Source: an uncultured Gammaproteobacteria bacterium (lineage in GTDB: Bacteria > Patescibacteriota > Patescibacteriia > 2-01-FULL-39-33). From it: a stretch of 64,000 bases of DNA. The stretch covers positions 1,482 to 65,481 of the forward strand of contig CAZNIV010000003.1 of assembly GCA_964573235.1 (NCBI GenBank), read 5' to 3'. The notes beneath the pieces are model-generated. The model ran no database searches. It saw nothing but the letters and a program-made list of their open reading frames with translations, and was not told the DNA's origin. The number at the start of each line of letters is the position of its first letter. The first letter of the stretch is position 1. Below, one piece after another: positions 46,488-56,058 of the stretch. Made by a program: the position numbers and the translations under genes.

Positions 46488-47861
46488 ATGGAATTAAAAG
46501 AGTTTAAAAAAGTATTTTTTACAGGCATTGGCGGTGTGGGAATATCGGCAACTGCGAGGATTTTAAATTTTCAGGGAATCAAAGTCTCTGGTTCTGAAGT
46601 AACTACTAGTGAGTTAACGGAACAGCTGATAAGAGAAGGAGTTAGCGTGGTGATCCCCCAAAAGGCGGAGAATGTGCCTATTGATGCAGGTCTATTGGTT
46701 TATAGTGTAGCTGTGCCAGAAGATAATCCAGAGCGTCAAGTGGCGAAAAAATATGGCATCAAAGAAATAACTTATCCTCAGTTATTGGGATTATTAATGA
46801 AGGATCAGTATGGCATAGGTGTTTCTGGTACTAATGGTAAAACCACCACGACCGCTCTGTTGAGTTTATTGTTTTTGGAAGCGGAAAAAGATCCGACCGT
46901 GGTTTTGGGTGGCAAGACAGATTATTTAGGGGGGAATTCACGAGTGGGCAGTAGTCAATATTTTATTTTTGAAAGCGATGAGTACCGTCGCGCATTTGTT
47001 AATTATTTTCCTAAAATGGCAGTGGTGACTTATGTGACTGAGGATCACCTGGATTATTATAAAGATATTAACGATATTAAAGCGGCTTTTAGGGATTATT
47101 TGGTCAAAGTACCGGCCGATGGTTTTATTTTTGCTAACGCTGATGATGCTAATTCTTTAGAGGTGGCTGGCGGTGCGCAGGCGCGAAAAATTACTTTTGG
47201 CATGGATAATCAAGCGGATATTATGGCAAAAAATATTCGCGTGGCTAATGGTCAGCAAATTTTTGATTTAAGTTTTATGGATAAAAAACTGGGGGAAATG
47301 CAATTGCATTTGCCAGCCAAATATAATATTTATAATGTATTAGCGGCTGTTGGCCCAGCGCTCATGGTTGGTTTGGATTTTAAAGTAATTCAAAAGGCGG
47401 TGGCTAAGTTTAAGGGTAGTTGGCGTCGTTTTGAAAAGATCGGCCAATTTATGGGTATTGATGTAATTTCGGATTACGCTCATACACCCGATGCGGTGGA
47501 GAAAACGATTTTAGCAGCGCAGGAATTTTATCCGGGTAAAAAAGTATTAACCATCTTTCAGCCCCATCAGTATAATCGGACGAAGAATTTTTTTGAGCAA
47601 TTTGCGTTGGCATTTAAGGGCGCTGATCAGGCTTTTGTGATGGATATTTTTTTTGTGAAAGGCCGAGAAAATCCGGCGGATTTTGATGTGAGTAGTGAAA
47701 AATTGGCAGTTGAGGCAGTTAAGTTAGGCGGTAGGGTAGCTTATTTGAATAAATTAAATAAAGAGACCCTAAGTCAATTATTAAAGGCAGATAATTACGG
47801 TTTAATCTTAACTATGGGTGCGGGTGATATTTATAATTATGCCAAAGAATTAGTGAAGTAA
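46488..47861 (+). CDS. murC: UDP-N-acetylmuramate--L-alanine ligase
   Basis: N-terminal GIGGVGISA, P-loop GTNGKTTTT, DYAHTP. Confidence 0.9.
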   Translation: MELKEFKKVFFTGIGGVGISATARILNFQGIKVSGSEVTTSELTEQLIREGVSVVIPQKAENVPIDAGLLVYSVAVPEDNPERQVAKKYGIKEITYPQLLGLLMKDQYGIGVSGTNGKTTTTALLSLLFLEAEKDPTVVLGGKTDYLGGNSRVGSSQYFIFESDEYRRAFVNYFPKMAVVTYVTEDHLDYYKDINDIKAAFRDYLVKVPADGFIFANADDANSLEVAGGAQARKITFGMDNQADIMAKNIRVANGQQIFDLSFMDKKLGEMQLHLPAKYNIYNVLAAVGPALMVGLDFKVIQKAVAKFKGSWRRFEKIGQFMGIDVISDYAHTPDAVEKTILAAQEFYPGKKVLTIFQPHQYNRTKNFFEQFALAFKGADQAFVMDIFFVKGRENPADFDVSSEKLAVEAVKLGGRVAYLNKLNKETLSQLLKADNYGLILTMGAGDIYNYAKELVK

Positions 47862-47862
47862 T

Positions 47863-48825
47863 ATGAAATCAATAACAGAATTGGCAAAAATAGCCGGTGC
47901 AGAAGTTAAAGAAAAAGAGCCATTGGCCAAATGGACGACTTTTAAAATTGGTGGACCGGCAAAATATTTTGTAGTGATTAGGAGTATAGAAAAATTAGGG
48001 GCAGTTTTGAATTTTTGTCGCGAGAAAAAAATGCCTTATATTATTTTAGGTGGTGGCAGTAATCTGTTGATTGGTGAAAAAGGTTTTGCTGGATTGGCGA
48101 TAAGACTAATGGCAGATAATTTTTTAGTAACAGAAAATAAAATAACAGTGGATGCCGGGATGAGTTTGACGCGCTTGGTTGGTTTAACTGCCCAGTGTAG
48201 CTTAAGTGGTTTAGAGTGGGCGGCTGGTATTCCAGGAACAGTAGGCGGAGCGGTTCATGGCAATGCCGGAGCTTATGGAGGTAGTATGAGTCAATGCGTT
48301 AATGCGGTAACTATTTGGCGTGATGGTAAAATTGTTAAGCTAAACAAAGAGGATTGCCATTTTATTTATCGCGGTAGTATTTTTAAAGCTACTCACAATA
48401 AGGATGTGATTTTAAGTGCCGAGTTAGTTTTAAATTTGGGTGAGGAAAAGACGATTCGTGCCAAGATGATGGAAATTATTAACAAGCGTCGAGCAAAGTT
48501 TGTTAACATTAATTCGGCGGGATCTACTTTTAAAAATATTGAAATGACAGAGGCGGAAATTTTAGAGTTTAAGAAAAAATATCCTGATTTGCCAGATGAA
48601 TTTGTAAAATATAGAAAAATCCCGGCTGCTTGGTTAATCGATCAATGTGACTTGCGAGGCAAGACTATTGGTGGGGCGCAGGTTTATGAAAATCATGCTG
48701 GAATAGTAATAAACATTGGCCAAGCAACGGCTGAGAGTGTTATAATGTTAATAAGTGTCATTAAGCAAAAAGTAAGAATGGAATTCGGCTTGCAATTGCA
48801 TGAAGAAATAGAGTATATTGGATAA
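47863..48825 (+). CDS. murB: UDP-N-acetylenolpyruvoylglucosamine reductase
   Basis: FAD-binding ILGGGSNLL, AGIPGTVGGAV, GSTFKN. Confidence 0.9.
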   Translation: MKSITELAKIAGAEVKEKEPLAKWTTFKIGGPAKYFVVIRSIEKLGAVLNFCREKKMPYIILGGGSNLLIGEKGFAGLAIRLMADNFLVTENKITVDAGMSLTRLVGLTAQCSLSGLEWAAGIPGTVGGAVHGNAGAYGGSMSQCVNAVTIWRDGKIVKLNKEDCHFIYRGSIFKATHNKDVILSAELVLNLGEEKTIRAKMMEIINKRRAKFVNINSAGSTFKNIEMTEAEILEFKKKYPDLPDEFVKYRKIPAAWLIDQCDLRGKTIGGAQVYENHAGIVINIGQATAESVIMLISVIKQKVRMEFGLQLHEEIEYIG

Positions 48826-48861
48826 GGCGGAAGCCATACTAATTAATAACTAAAAAACAGT

Positions 48862-49170
48862 ATGGAAATCATTATTAAAGCAAAAAATGCTCAATTGACC
48901 CCAGAGGGTCATAAGCTAGTAGAAGAAAAAATCGGTTCTCTAGATAAATATTTTGATGGTATTATTAAGGCTCATGTAGAGGTTGGTATTAACTCGATGC
49001 ATCATCAGAAAGGTAATATTTATATAGCTGAAGTAGAGCTTCATGTGCCTGGTAAACAGTTGATGGCCACCGCTGAAACCGAAGATGTTCAGACCTCAAT
49101 CGACAAGGTCAAAGACATTTTGAAGCGAGAATTGATTAAGTATAAAGAAATGTTACAGTCACACAAATAA
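48862..49170 (+). CDS. hpf: Ribosome hibernation factor (short HPF/RaiA type)
   Basis: ~100-aa S30AE-family pattern (ITPEGHKLVEEKIGSLDKYF...AEVELHVPGKQL). Confidence 0.85.
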   Translation: MEIIIKAKNAQLTPEGHKLVEEKIGSLDKYFDGIIKAHVEVGINSMHHQKGNIYIAEVELHVPGKQLMATAETEDVQTSIDKVKDILKRELIKYKEMLQSHK

Positions 49171-49174
49171 TCTA

Positions 49175-49192
49175 AGCGGCCTTCGGGCCGCT
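49175..49192 (+). terminator. Rho-independent terminator after hpf
   Basis: AGCGGCC / GGCCGCT stem with a TTCG tetraloop, followed by TTTT. Confidence 0.7.
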
Positions 49193-49199
49193 TTTATAG

Positions 49200-49228
49200 T
49201 TGATAATTTTTGCTTATTTTGCTAAGAT
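49200..49228 (+). promoter_or_regulatory. Sigma70 promoter of secA
   Basis: TTGATA (49200-49205), 17-nt spacer, TAAGAT (49223-49228). Confidence 0.45.
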
Positions 49229-49255
49229 ATCTTCATTATTATTGATAAATGTAAT

Positions 49256-51979
49256 ATGTTTAATATCTTCAAAAAATGGCTAAAAAACCCGAGTGATAAG
49301 TTCTTGGAGCAAGCTTGGGCGGTAGTGGAGAAGGTTAACGCCCTGGAGCCGGAAATACAGGCTATGACCAATGAACAGTTAAAAGCGCAAACGGTTAAGT
49401 TTAAGGCTTTATTGGCAGAAGGCAAGACATTGGATGATATCTTGGTGGAAGCTTTTGCCACCATTCGTGAGGCGTCTAAGCGCGTGATCGGCCAAAGACA
49501 CTTTGATGTGCAGTTGATTGGTGGTTATTCCTTACATAAAGGCTGGATTGCGGAAATGAGAACTGGTGAAGGTAAAACTTTAACGGCTACTTCGGCGATC
49601 TATCTTAATGCCTTATCTGGCGAAGGCGCTCATTTGGTGACGGTTAATGATTATTTGGCACGTACTCATGCAGATTGGATGGGTCGTATTTATGATTTTT
49701 TAGGTTTGACTGTTTCTTGTATTCAACAACAGAACAGCTCACTTAAATTAAATACCAAAAAGCAAGCCGTAGAAGGTGATGAAAAATTAGATATTCAATA
49801 TTTAGAACCATGTAGTCGTCGCGAGGCTTATGCTTGCGATATTGTTTATGGTACTAATAACGAATTCGGCTTTGATTACTTGCGCGATAATATGGTGCAG
49901 AGTAAAGAAGATATGGCGCAAAGAGAATTATCCTATGCGATTGTGGATGAAGTTGATTCAATTTTGATTGATGAAGCTAGAACGCCGTTAATTATCTCGG
50001 CACCAGACATGGAGTCGACGGATAAGTATTTTCAATTTTCTAAATTAGTTTTGAAATTGACAGAAAAAGAAGATTATAATTTGGATGAAAAAATGCGCGC
50101 CGTTACTTTAACGGAGCATGGCATTGAAAAAGTGGAAAAAGAATTGGGAGTAGAAAATATTTACACCGATAGAGGTATTACTGAAGTGCATCATATTGAA
50201 CAAGCATTGAAGGCCCAAGTATTATTTAAAAAAGATCGCGACTATGTAGTTAAGGATGGCGAGATTGTGATTATTGATGAGTTTACTGGTCGTATGATGT
50301 TCGGTCGTCGTTATAGCGAAGGATTACATCAGGCAATTGAGGCCAAAGAAGGTGTTAACGTACAACGCGAGAGCCGAACATTGGCTACTGTTTCGTTGCA
50401 AAATTATTTCCGCTTATATAAAAAGTTAGCCGGTATGACCGGTACGGCCGCTACTGAAGCCGAAGAATTTTTTAAGATTTATAAATTAGAAGTAGCAGTA
50501 ATTCCTACTAATCGCCCAATGGTGAGACAGGATTTGAATGATCGTATTTATAAAAATGAGATGGGCAAGTTTAAGGCATTGGTGGTAGAAGTTAAAGAGC
50601 GTCATAAAAAAGGCCAGCCAGTGTTAATTGGTACGGTTTCGATTGAAAAAAATGAATTGTTGGCCGCTTTGTTAGAGCAAGCTGGCGTGCCTTGCCAAGT
50701 GTTGAATGCTAAATTCCATGAAAAAGAAGCGCATATTATTGCTCAAGCTGGTAAGGTGGGAGCGGTAACTGTAGCGACCAATATGGCTGGTCGTGGTGTG
50801 GATATTATTTTAGGCGGTTATCCATTTAATAAGGAAGAGTATGATAAGGTGGTGGCCGCGGGAGGTTTATGTGTTTTAGGTACAGAGCGCCATGAATCTC
50901 GTCGTATCGATAATCAGTTGCGTGGTCGTGCTGGTCGCCAAGGTGATCCAGGACTTAGCCAGTTTTATATTTCCATGGATGATGATTTGATGCGTATTTT
51001 TGGTTCTGATCGCATGAAATCTTTAATGACCGCTTTGCATGTACCAGAAGATCAGGCTATTGAAAGTGGTATGATTTCTAAATCAATTGAACAGGCGCAG
51101 AAAAAAGTAGAAGGCAATAACTTTGATATGCGTAAGCATTTGGTTGATTATGATGATGTGATGAATAAACAGCGCGAGACTATTTATCGTAAGCGTCGAG
51201 AGCTTTTAGCTGAAGATACCGATAGTAAGCAATTAATATTTTCGGCGATTACTAAAGAAATTATTGATTTAGTGCGTTTTCATACTCAGAATGCAGATGA
51301 GAAAGCTTGGGATTTAAATGCGATTTATGGGGCGGCGCATGCCATGTTTGAAATTAAAGCCGAAGCGCGTTTAGAGTTGGATAAAATTGAGGCTGAGGCG
51401 GGAAATAATTTTGATGATGATAATTCTCGCAATCTGATGATTGGCTATTTATTAAAATTAGCCACTCTGACTTATAATTCTTTGGAGGAGCAGATTAATA
51501 TTGTGCCAAATACGGATGGCATTAATACCATGCGCAAAGTGGAAAAATGGATTATGTTGCGCTCAATTGATAGCTTGTGGATTGAACACTTGGAAACAAT
51601 GGAGTATATGCGTCACGGTATTAATTTGCGCGGTTATGGTCAGCGCGACCCGTTGGTGGAATATAAGCGTGAATCTTTGCGTTTGTTTAGAGATTTATTA
51701 AATGCTATTGATAAACAAACAGTTTATACTATTTTTAAGGTAGGTGTGTCTGGTCAAGTAACGGTGCCAGAGGAAAAAATAGAACATAAAAATTTGCAGT
51801 TCTCAGCGCCGAGTGATCAGTCTTCACTTAAATCGCCAATGGCCGCGGATAGCGGATTGGAGGCGCGTAAGCAAGAGGCGATCAAGGATAATAGTCATTT
51901 TGACGGTGAAAAAGTTGGTCGTAATGATTTATGTCCTTGTGGCAGCGGCAAAAAGTTTAAAAAGTGTCATGGAAAATAG
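49256..51979 (+). CDS. secA: Preprotein translocase ATPase SecA
   Basis: MRTGEGKT Walker A, DEVDSILIDEARTPLIIS, RGRAGRQGDPG, C-terminal zinc site CPCGSGKKFKKCHG. Confidence 0.97.
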   Translation: MFNIFKKWLKNPSDKFLEQAWAVVEKVNALEPEIQAMTNEQLKAQTVKFKALLAEGKTLDDILVEAFATIREASKRVIGQRHFDVQLIGGYSLHKGWIAEMRTGEGKTLTATSAIYLNALSGEGAHLVTVNDYLARTHADWMGRIYDFLGLTVSCIQQQNSSLKLNTKKQAVEGDEKLDIQYLEPCSRREAYACDIVYGTNNEFGFDYLRDNMVQSKEDMAQRELSYAIVDEVDSILIDEARTPLIISAPDMESTDKYFQFSKLVLKLTEKEDYNLDEKMRAVTLTEHGIEKVEKELGVENIYTDRGITEVHHIEQALKAQVLFKKDRDYVVKDGEIVIIDEFTGRMMFGRRYSEGLHQAIEAKEGVNVQRESRTLATVSLQNYFRLYKKLAGMTGTAATEAEEFFKIYKLEVAVIPTNRPMVRQDLNDRIYKNEMGKFKALVVEVKERHKKGQPVLIGTVSIEKNELLAALLEQAGVPCQVLNAKFHEKEAHIIAQAGKVGAVTVATNMAGRGVDIILGGYPFNKEEYDKVVAAGGLCVLGTERHESRRIDNQLRGRAGRQGDPGLSQFYISMDDDLMRIFGSDRMKSLMTALHVPEDQAIESGMISKSIEQAQKKVEGNNFDMRKHLVDYDDVMNKQRETIYRKRRELLAEDTDSKQLIFSAITKEIIDLVRFHTQNADEKAWDLNAIYGAAHAMFEIKAEARLELDKIEAEAGNNFDDDNSRNLMIGYLLKLATLTYNSLEEQINIVPNTDGINTMRKVEKWIMLRSIDSLWIEHLETMEYMRHGINLRGYGQRDPLVEYKRESLRLFRDLLNAIDKQTVYTIFKVGVSGQVTVPEEKIEHKNLQFSAPSDQSSLKSPMAADSGLEARKQEAIKDNSHFDGEKVGRNDLCPCGSGKKFKKCHGK

Positions 51980-51981
51980 TT

Positions 51982-52149
51982 ATGGCAATTAAGCCTATTT
52001 GTGATAAATGTAAAAAAGAGCTAACTGAATTTGGTGGAATTTTATTAAGTCCACCAAAAGAGAATATGGTAAAGAAATTTCATCTTTGTCAGGAGTGCTA
52101 TAATAAAATTGCTTGTGGTTTAGAAGTAGAAAGGGGTTTATCTAAATAG
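51982..52149 (+). CDS. Small zinc-ribbon protein (55 aa)
   Basis: CDKC...CQEC pair of CxxC knuckles. ATG 51982 lies 2 nt after the secA stop; the ORF-track start at 51964 overlaps secA. Confidence 0.45.
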   Translation: MAIKPICDKCKKELTEFGGILLSPPKENMVKKFHLCQECYNKIACGLEVERGLSK

Positions 52150-52158
52150 CATAATTTT

Positions 52159-52626
52159 ATGAAAAAGCAATTAACTCTCTGCATTGTTCATCAGCATCCT
52201 AAGGTTTTATTAGGCATGAAAAAACGTGGATTTGGTGTCGGTAGGTGGAATGGTTTTGGTGGCAAATTAACTGAGGGAGAAACAATTGAAGATGGTGCTA
52301 AAAGAGAAATGCGTGAAGAGGCCGGAATAGAAATTATTACCATGAACAAGTTAGGAATTATTGATTTTGATTTTAGGGGTAAGCCAGATACCTTGGAGGT
52401 GCATATTTTTAAAGTGAATAATTTTTCTGGTGAGCCAATAGAGAGCGAGGAAATGAAACCGCATTGGTTTGGCGTGGATGAAATTCCGTTTAAAGAAATG
52501 TGGAAAGATGATATTTATTGGATGGAGATGTTTTTGAATGATAAAAAGTTCAAAGGCCGATTTCTATTTGATGAAGCTGATGCTATTTTAGAACATGAGT
52601 TAGTTGAGGTTATTAGCTTAGAATAA
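52159..52626 (+). CDS. NUDIX hydrolase, MTH1/NUDT1-like 8-oxo-dGTP diphosphatase
   Basis: NUDIX box [24 protein letters not shown]. Collinear over its full length with human MTH1 as I recall that sequence. Confidence 0.85.
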   Translation: [155 protein letters not shown]

Positions 52627-52629
52627 TTT

Positions 52630-53502
52630 ATGCCGGAATTACCGGAGGTAGAAACTTTGCGTCGTGACTTAGAAAAAGTGATTGACGGTAAAGTAATTAA
52701 AAAAGTAGAAGTGGATTGGGCCAAAACAGTTAGCCCATTATCTTTACTGGCTTTTAAAAAAGCGCTTACTGGCGATAAGTTTATTAGCGTTGGTCGAAAA
52801 GCTAAGATGCTTTATTTTAAATTAAAAAGTGGTAAATATTTATTGACGCATTTAAAAATGACTGGCCAATTAATTTATCAGGAAGCGGGTAAGAAGGCGC
52901 AACCGATTGTGGGTGGGCATCCACAAAAAGGTGGAGCGGATAATTTGCCGAATAAATTTACGCGCGTGGCCATGGAATTTGTTGATGGTTCCCGATTGTT
53001 TTTTAATGACATGCGCAAATTTGGCTATATGAAATTGGTAGATGAAAAAACGGCGCAAGATGCTTTTGTTAAATATGGTCCGGAGCCCCTGGTGTCTGAC
53101 TTTACCCTTAAATATTTTACTAGTATTCTGGCCAAGTATCCGAAGAGAAAATTAAAACAAATTTTATTGGATCAGCAATTGATTTCTGGTTTGGGCAATA
53201 TCTATGTGGATGAATCTTGTTTTGGTGCTGGTGTTTTGCCAATGCGTTTGGCCAAGTCATTGAGTGAGATGGAAGTAAAAAAGTTATATCAGGAAATTAA
53301 AAAAGTGATTAAGTTTTCTATTGAAAAAAGAGGAACTTCTTTTAGCACATATGTACATTTAAATGGTGGCGCTGGTGGCTTTGTGCCACATCTTAGGGTT
53401 TACGGCAGAAAAGGGGAAAGATGTAAGCGGTGTAGCGGTATTATTAATCGCATTAAACTTAATGGACGAGGGACTCATTTTTGCTCCGATTGTCAAAAAT
53501 AG
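52630..53502 (+). CDS. mutM: Formamidopyrimidine-DNA glycosylase
   Basis: N-terminal MPELPEVE (catalytic Pro2/Glu3), H2TH region, C-terminal zinc finger CKRCSG...HFCSDCQ. Confidence 0.95.
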   Translation: MPELPEVETLRRDLEKVIDGKVIKKVEVDWAKTVSPLSLLAFKKALTGDKFISVGRKAKMLYFKLKSGKYLLTHLKMTGQLIYQEAGKKAQPIVGGHPQKGGADNLPNKFTRVAMEFVDGSRLFFNDMRKFGYMKLVDEKTAQDAFVKYGPEPLVSDFTLKYFTSILAKYPKRKLKQILLDQQLISGLGNIYVDESCFGAGVLPMRLAKSLSEMEVKKLYQEIKKVIKFSIEKRGTSFSTYVHLNGGAGGFVPHLRVYGRKGERCKRCSGIINRIKLNGRGTHFCSDCQK

Positions 53503-53511
53503 TTAATAAAA

Positions 53512-53534
53512 AAACGGCTTTTCTTAAGCCGTTT
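53512..53534. terminator. Bidirectional terminator between mutM (+) and the DUF212 gene (-)
   Basis: AAACGGCTT / AAGCCGTTT with loop TTCTT. A-run upstream, T-run downstream. Confidence 0.7.
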
Positions 53535-53560
53535 TTTGTGTTAGAATTGCCTTAGAGGAT

Positions 53561-54001
53561 TTATAGAGGAAAGTAATTTTTAATTAAGACATAAATCACA
53601 ACAGTGGTGATTACACCCACGATTAGGCCGGCGCTAACTTGAGGAACGGTGTGGCCCATTTGCTCGTTTAAGTATTTGATGGATTTGTTTTTAAATACTT
53701 CTTTGCCAATTTTGTTAGTTAAAGTGGCGTTGCGACCAATTTCGCGTCTGAAACCCACAGCATCACGAATGACGACAACCAATAAGATAAGTGCCACAGC
53801 GAAGGCTGATGAGTTAAAGCCATCTCTGAGGCCAATTACTGTGGCTAGAGAGGCAACAAAGGCAGTGTGAGACGATGGCATGCCACCGTAGTCGCCAATA
53901 AAGTGTTCTAGAGTAAAATTACCGGGAATTTTATCGGTCACTAGCTTTAGGGCTTGAGTGAAAAAACCGACGATGACAGGGATGATAATGGCTTCAAACA
54001 T
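53561..54001 (-). CDS. Divergent PAP2 (DUF212, acid-phosphatase/haloperoxidase-related) membrane protein
   Basis: YGGMPSSHTAFVASLA motif, ~145 aa, four TMs. Confidence 0.75.
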   Translation of the reverse strand: MFEAIIIPVIVGFFTQALKLVTDKIPGNFTLEHFIGDYGGMPSSHTAFVASLATVIGLRDGFNSSAFAVALILLVVVIRDAVGFRREIGRNATLTNKIGKEVFKNKSIKYLNEQMGHTVPQVSAGLIVGVITTVVIYVLIKNYFPL

Positions 54002-54018
54002 AAATTATTATATTAAAT

Positions 54019-54828
54019 ATGAATTATTTTTTTTCGGTGCTTTCCGGCATGATTCAGGGTCTGACAGAATTTTTACCAGTTTCTAGCTCGGGGCATTTGG
54101 TTATATTACATGAAGTTTTTAGCTTTGACTTACCTAATGATTTGCTTTTTGACTTAATGTTACACTGGGGAACATTATTGGCAATTTTGATTTTTTTCTG
54201 GAAAGATATTTGGCAGGTAATCAACGGATTTTTTTCTAGTTTGATTAAATGGAATGTGCAAGGGGATAATAATCAAAGATTGGCTTGGCAAATTATTTTA
54301 GCAACCATTCCGGCAGCAAGTATTGGTTTTGTTTTTGGTCAAAAGATCGAAGATTCAGTTAGATCAGTGCCCGTGGTAGCAGTAATGTTTATTTTAATTG
54401 CCGGATTGTTTTGGCTGGCGGAAAAATATTCCACCAAACTTAAAACCTTGAATGAAATGCCATTTTGGTCAGCCCTAGGTATTGGCGTGGCACAGGTTTT
54501 AGCTTTTATTCCCGGAACATCGCGTTCGGGTATTACTATTATAACAGGTTTGTGGCTTAAATTAAAACGGGAAGAGGCGGCAAGATTTTCTTTCTTGCTT
54601 AGCGCCCCGCTTATTTTTGGGGCTGGCGTTAAACAATTATCGGCGGTTAAGTTAATAACCGCAGATAATGCTTTATTGATGTTGATTGGCCTAGTGACCT
54701 CGGCAGTGGTAGGTTATATTGTGATTAAATTTTTACTTAAATATTTAACTACCCATTCCCTAGGTGTTTTTGCTTGGTATCGTTTGGTTTTGGGCGTGGC
54801 GGTGTTAGCTTGGTGGTTAATTAAATAA
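54019..54828 (+). CDS. uppP: Undecaprenyl-diphosphate phosphatase
   Basis: EFLPVSSSGHL and PGTSRSGITI motifs. Confidence 0.9.
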   Translation: MNYFFSVLSGMIQGLTEFLPVSSSGHLVILHEVFSFDLPNDLLFDLMLHWGTLLAILIFFWKDIWQVINGFFSSLIKWNVQGDNNQRLAWQIILATIPAASIGFVFGQKIEDSVRSVPVVAVMFILIAGLFWLAEKYSTKLKTLNEMPFWSALGIGVAQVLAFIPGTSRSGITIITGLWLKLKREEAARFSFLLSAPLIFGAGVKQLSAVKLITADNALLMLIGLVTSAVVGYIVIKFLLKYLTTHSLGVFAWYRLVLGVAVLAWWLIK

Positions 54829-54831
54829 TAT

Positions 54832-55842
54832 ATGGATAAGAAAAAAATATTTTTAGCGGTAATTATTTTTTTTACTTTACTGGGTATTTATGTTTATGGT
54901 CAAATTCATTGGCCAATGAATGGCGTCAAAAACGAAACGGTTTATTTTCAAATTAGTAAAGGTGAATCAGTGATTAAGATTGCTAAAGATTTGGCGGATA
55001 AAAAATTAGTTAAGAGCGAGGTGGTTTTTAGGCTTTACGCTAAATATCGTCATGCGGATGAAAAGTTTCAGGCGGGTGGTTATAGCTTAGCTAAAAATTT
55101 GAGCATGAAGCAGGTAATTGATGAATTATTGTTAGGAGCGAATACGGGTAACGAGAAAAGTATTACGATTATTGAAGGTTGGCAGGGTGTTGAAATTGGT
55201 GATTATTTGGTTTCTATGGGAGTAACCAAAAAAACAGACTTTATTAAAGCAATAGAGGTTAGTCGCTGGCGTAGTGATTATGATTTTTTAGCGGATAAAC
55301 GGATTAAAACTCTTGAGGGTTTTATGTTCCCGGACACTTATCGTATTTATGCTAGTTCTACCATTGAAGCCGTGGTTAAAAAAATGTTAGATAATTTTGA
55401 GACCAAATTAACATCAGATATGATTAGCGCTATTAGTAAAGAAAAAAAGAAATTATATGATGTGATGATTTTAGCGTCGATCGTAGAAAAAGAGGCTTCT
55501 AGCTTGAGTTTAGTAGATAAGAAGATAGTAGCGGGTATTTTTTGGAATCGATTGTCTATTAATATGCCGTTACAGTCAGATGCTACTGTTAATTATATTA
55601 CGGGCAAGAGTAACTTGCGTCCGACTTATGATGAACTGGGAGCGGATTCATTATATAATACTTATAAATATGCGGGGTTGCCACCGACACCAATTGCTAA
55701 TCCTGGACTGGAGGCAATAGAGGCAGCGATTTATTCAGTTAAAACGGATTATTTATATTTTTTAACTGATAAGGATGGCAGAATTCATTACGGTAAGACA
55801 TTTGAGGATCATAATAAAAATATCAGACAGTTTTTAGATTAG
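54832..55842 (+). CDS. mltG: Endolytic murein transglycosylase MltG (YceG-like)
   Basis: N-terminal TM, LysM-like segment, catalytic region LASIVEKEA, NTYKYAGLPPTPI. Confidence 0.9.
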   Translation: MDKKKIFLAVIIFFTLLGIYVYGQIHWPMNGVKNETVYFQISKGESVIKIAKDLADKKLVKSEVVFRLYAKYRHADEKFQAGGYSLAKNLSMKQVIDELLLGANTGNEKSITIIEGWQGVEIGDYLVSMGVTKKTDFIKAIEVSRWRSDYDFLADKRIKTLEGFMFPDTYRIYASSTIEAVVKKMLDNFETKLTSDMISAISKEKKKLYDVMILASIVEKEASSLSLVDKKIVAGIFWNRLSINMPLQSDATVNYITGKSNLRPTYDELGADSLYNTYKYAGLPPTPIANPGLEAIEAAIYSVKTDYLYFLTDKDGRIHYGKTFEDHNKNIRQFLD

Positions 55843-55900
55843 TGATATTTATCTAAAATTAAATAAAAAATTATTGATGTCGTCGGTTTATGGCGAGATA

Positions 55901-55928
55901 TTGACAAATTTTTAATTTTTGTTATAAT
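55901..55928 (+). promoter_or_regulatory. Strong sigma70 promoter of rplJL
   Basis: TTGACA (55901-55906), 16-nt spacer, TGT-TATAAT (55923-55928). Confidence 0.55.
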
Positions 55929-55934
55929 TATCTC

Positions 55935-56058
55935 AGTCAATTTCCACAGACAGCCGGCAATATCAATAAGACCGACCGAGGAAAGCACTAGTTTTAATGC
56001 TTTTTGTCTGCGGAAACGCAGCTTTTTTTATTTTATTAATTAACCCATATTTAGCAAT
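55935..56058 (+). promoter_or_regulatory. Candidate L10 (rplJ) autoregulatory leader with attenuator-like hairpin
   Basis: ~125-nt 5' UTR, more GC-rich than other spacers. CTGCG-GAAA-CGCAG (56008-56021) plus a T7 run lies 30 nt before the ATG. CAGACA (55947-55952)/TGTCTG could pair long-range. Confidence 0.35.
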
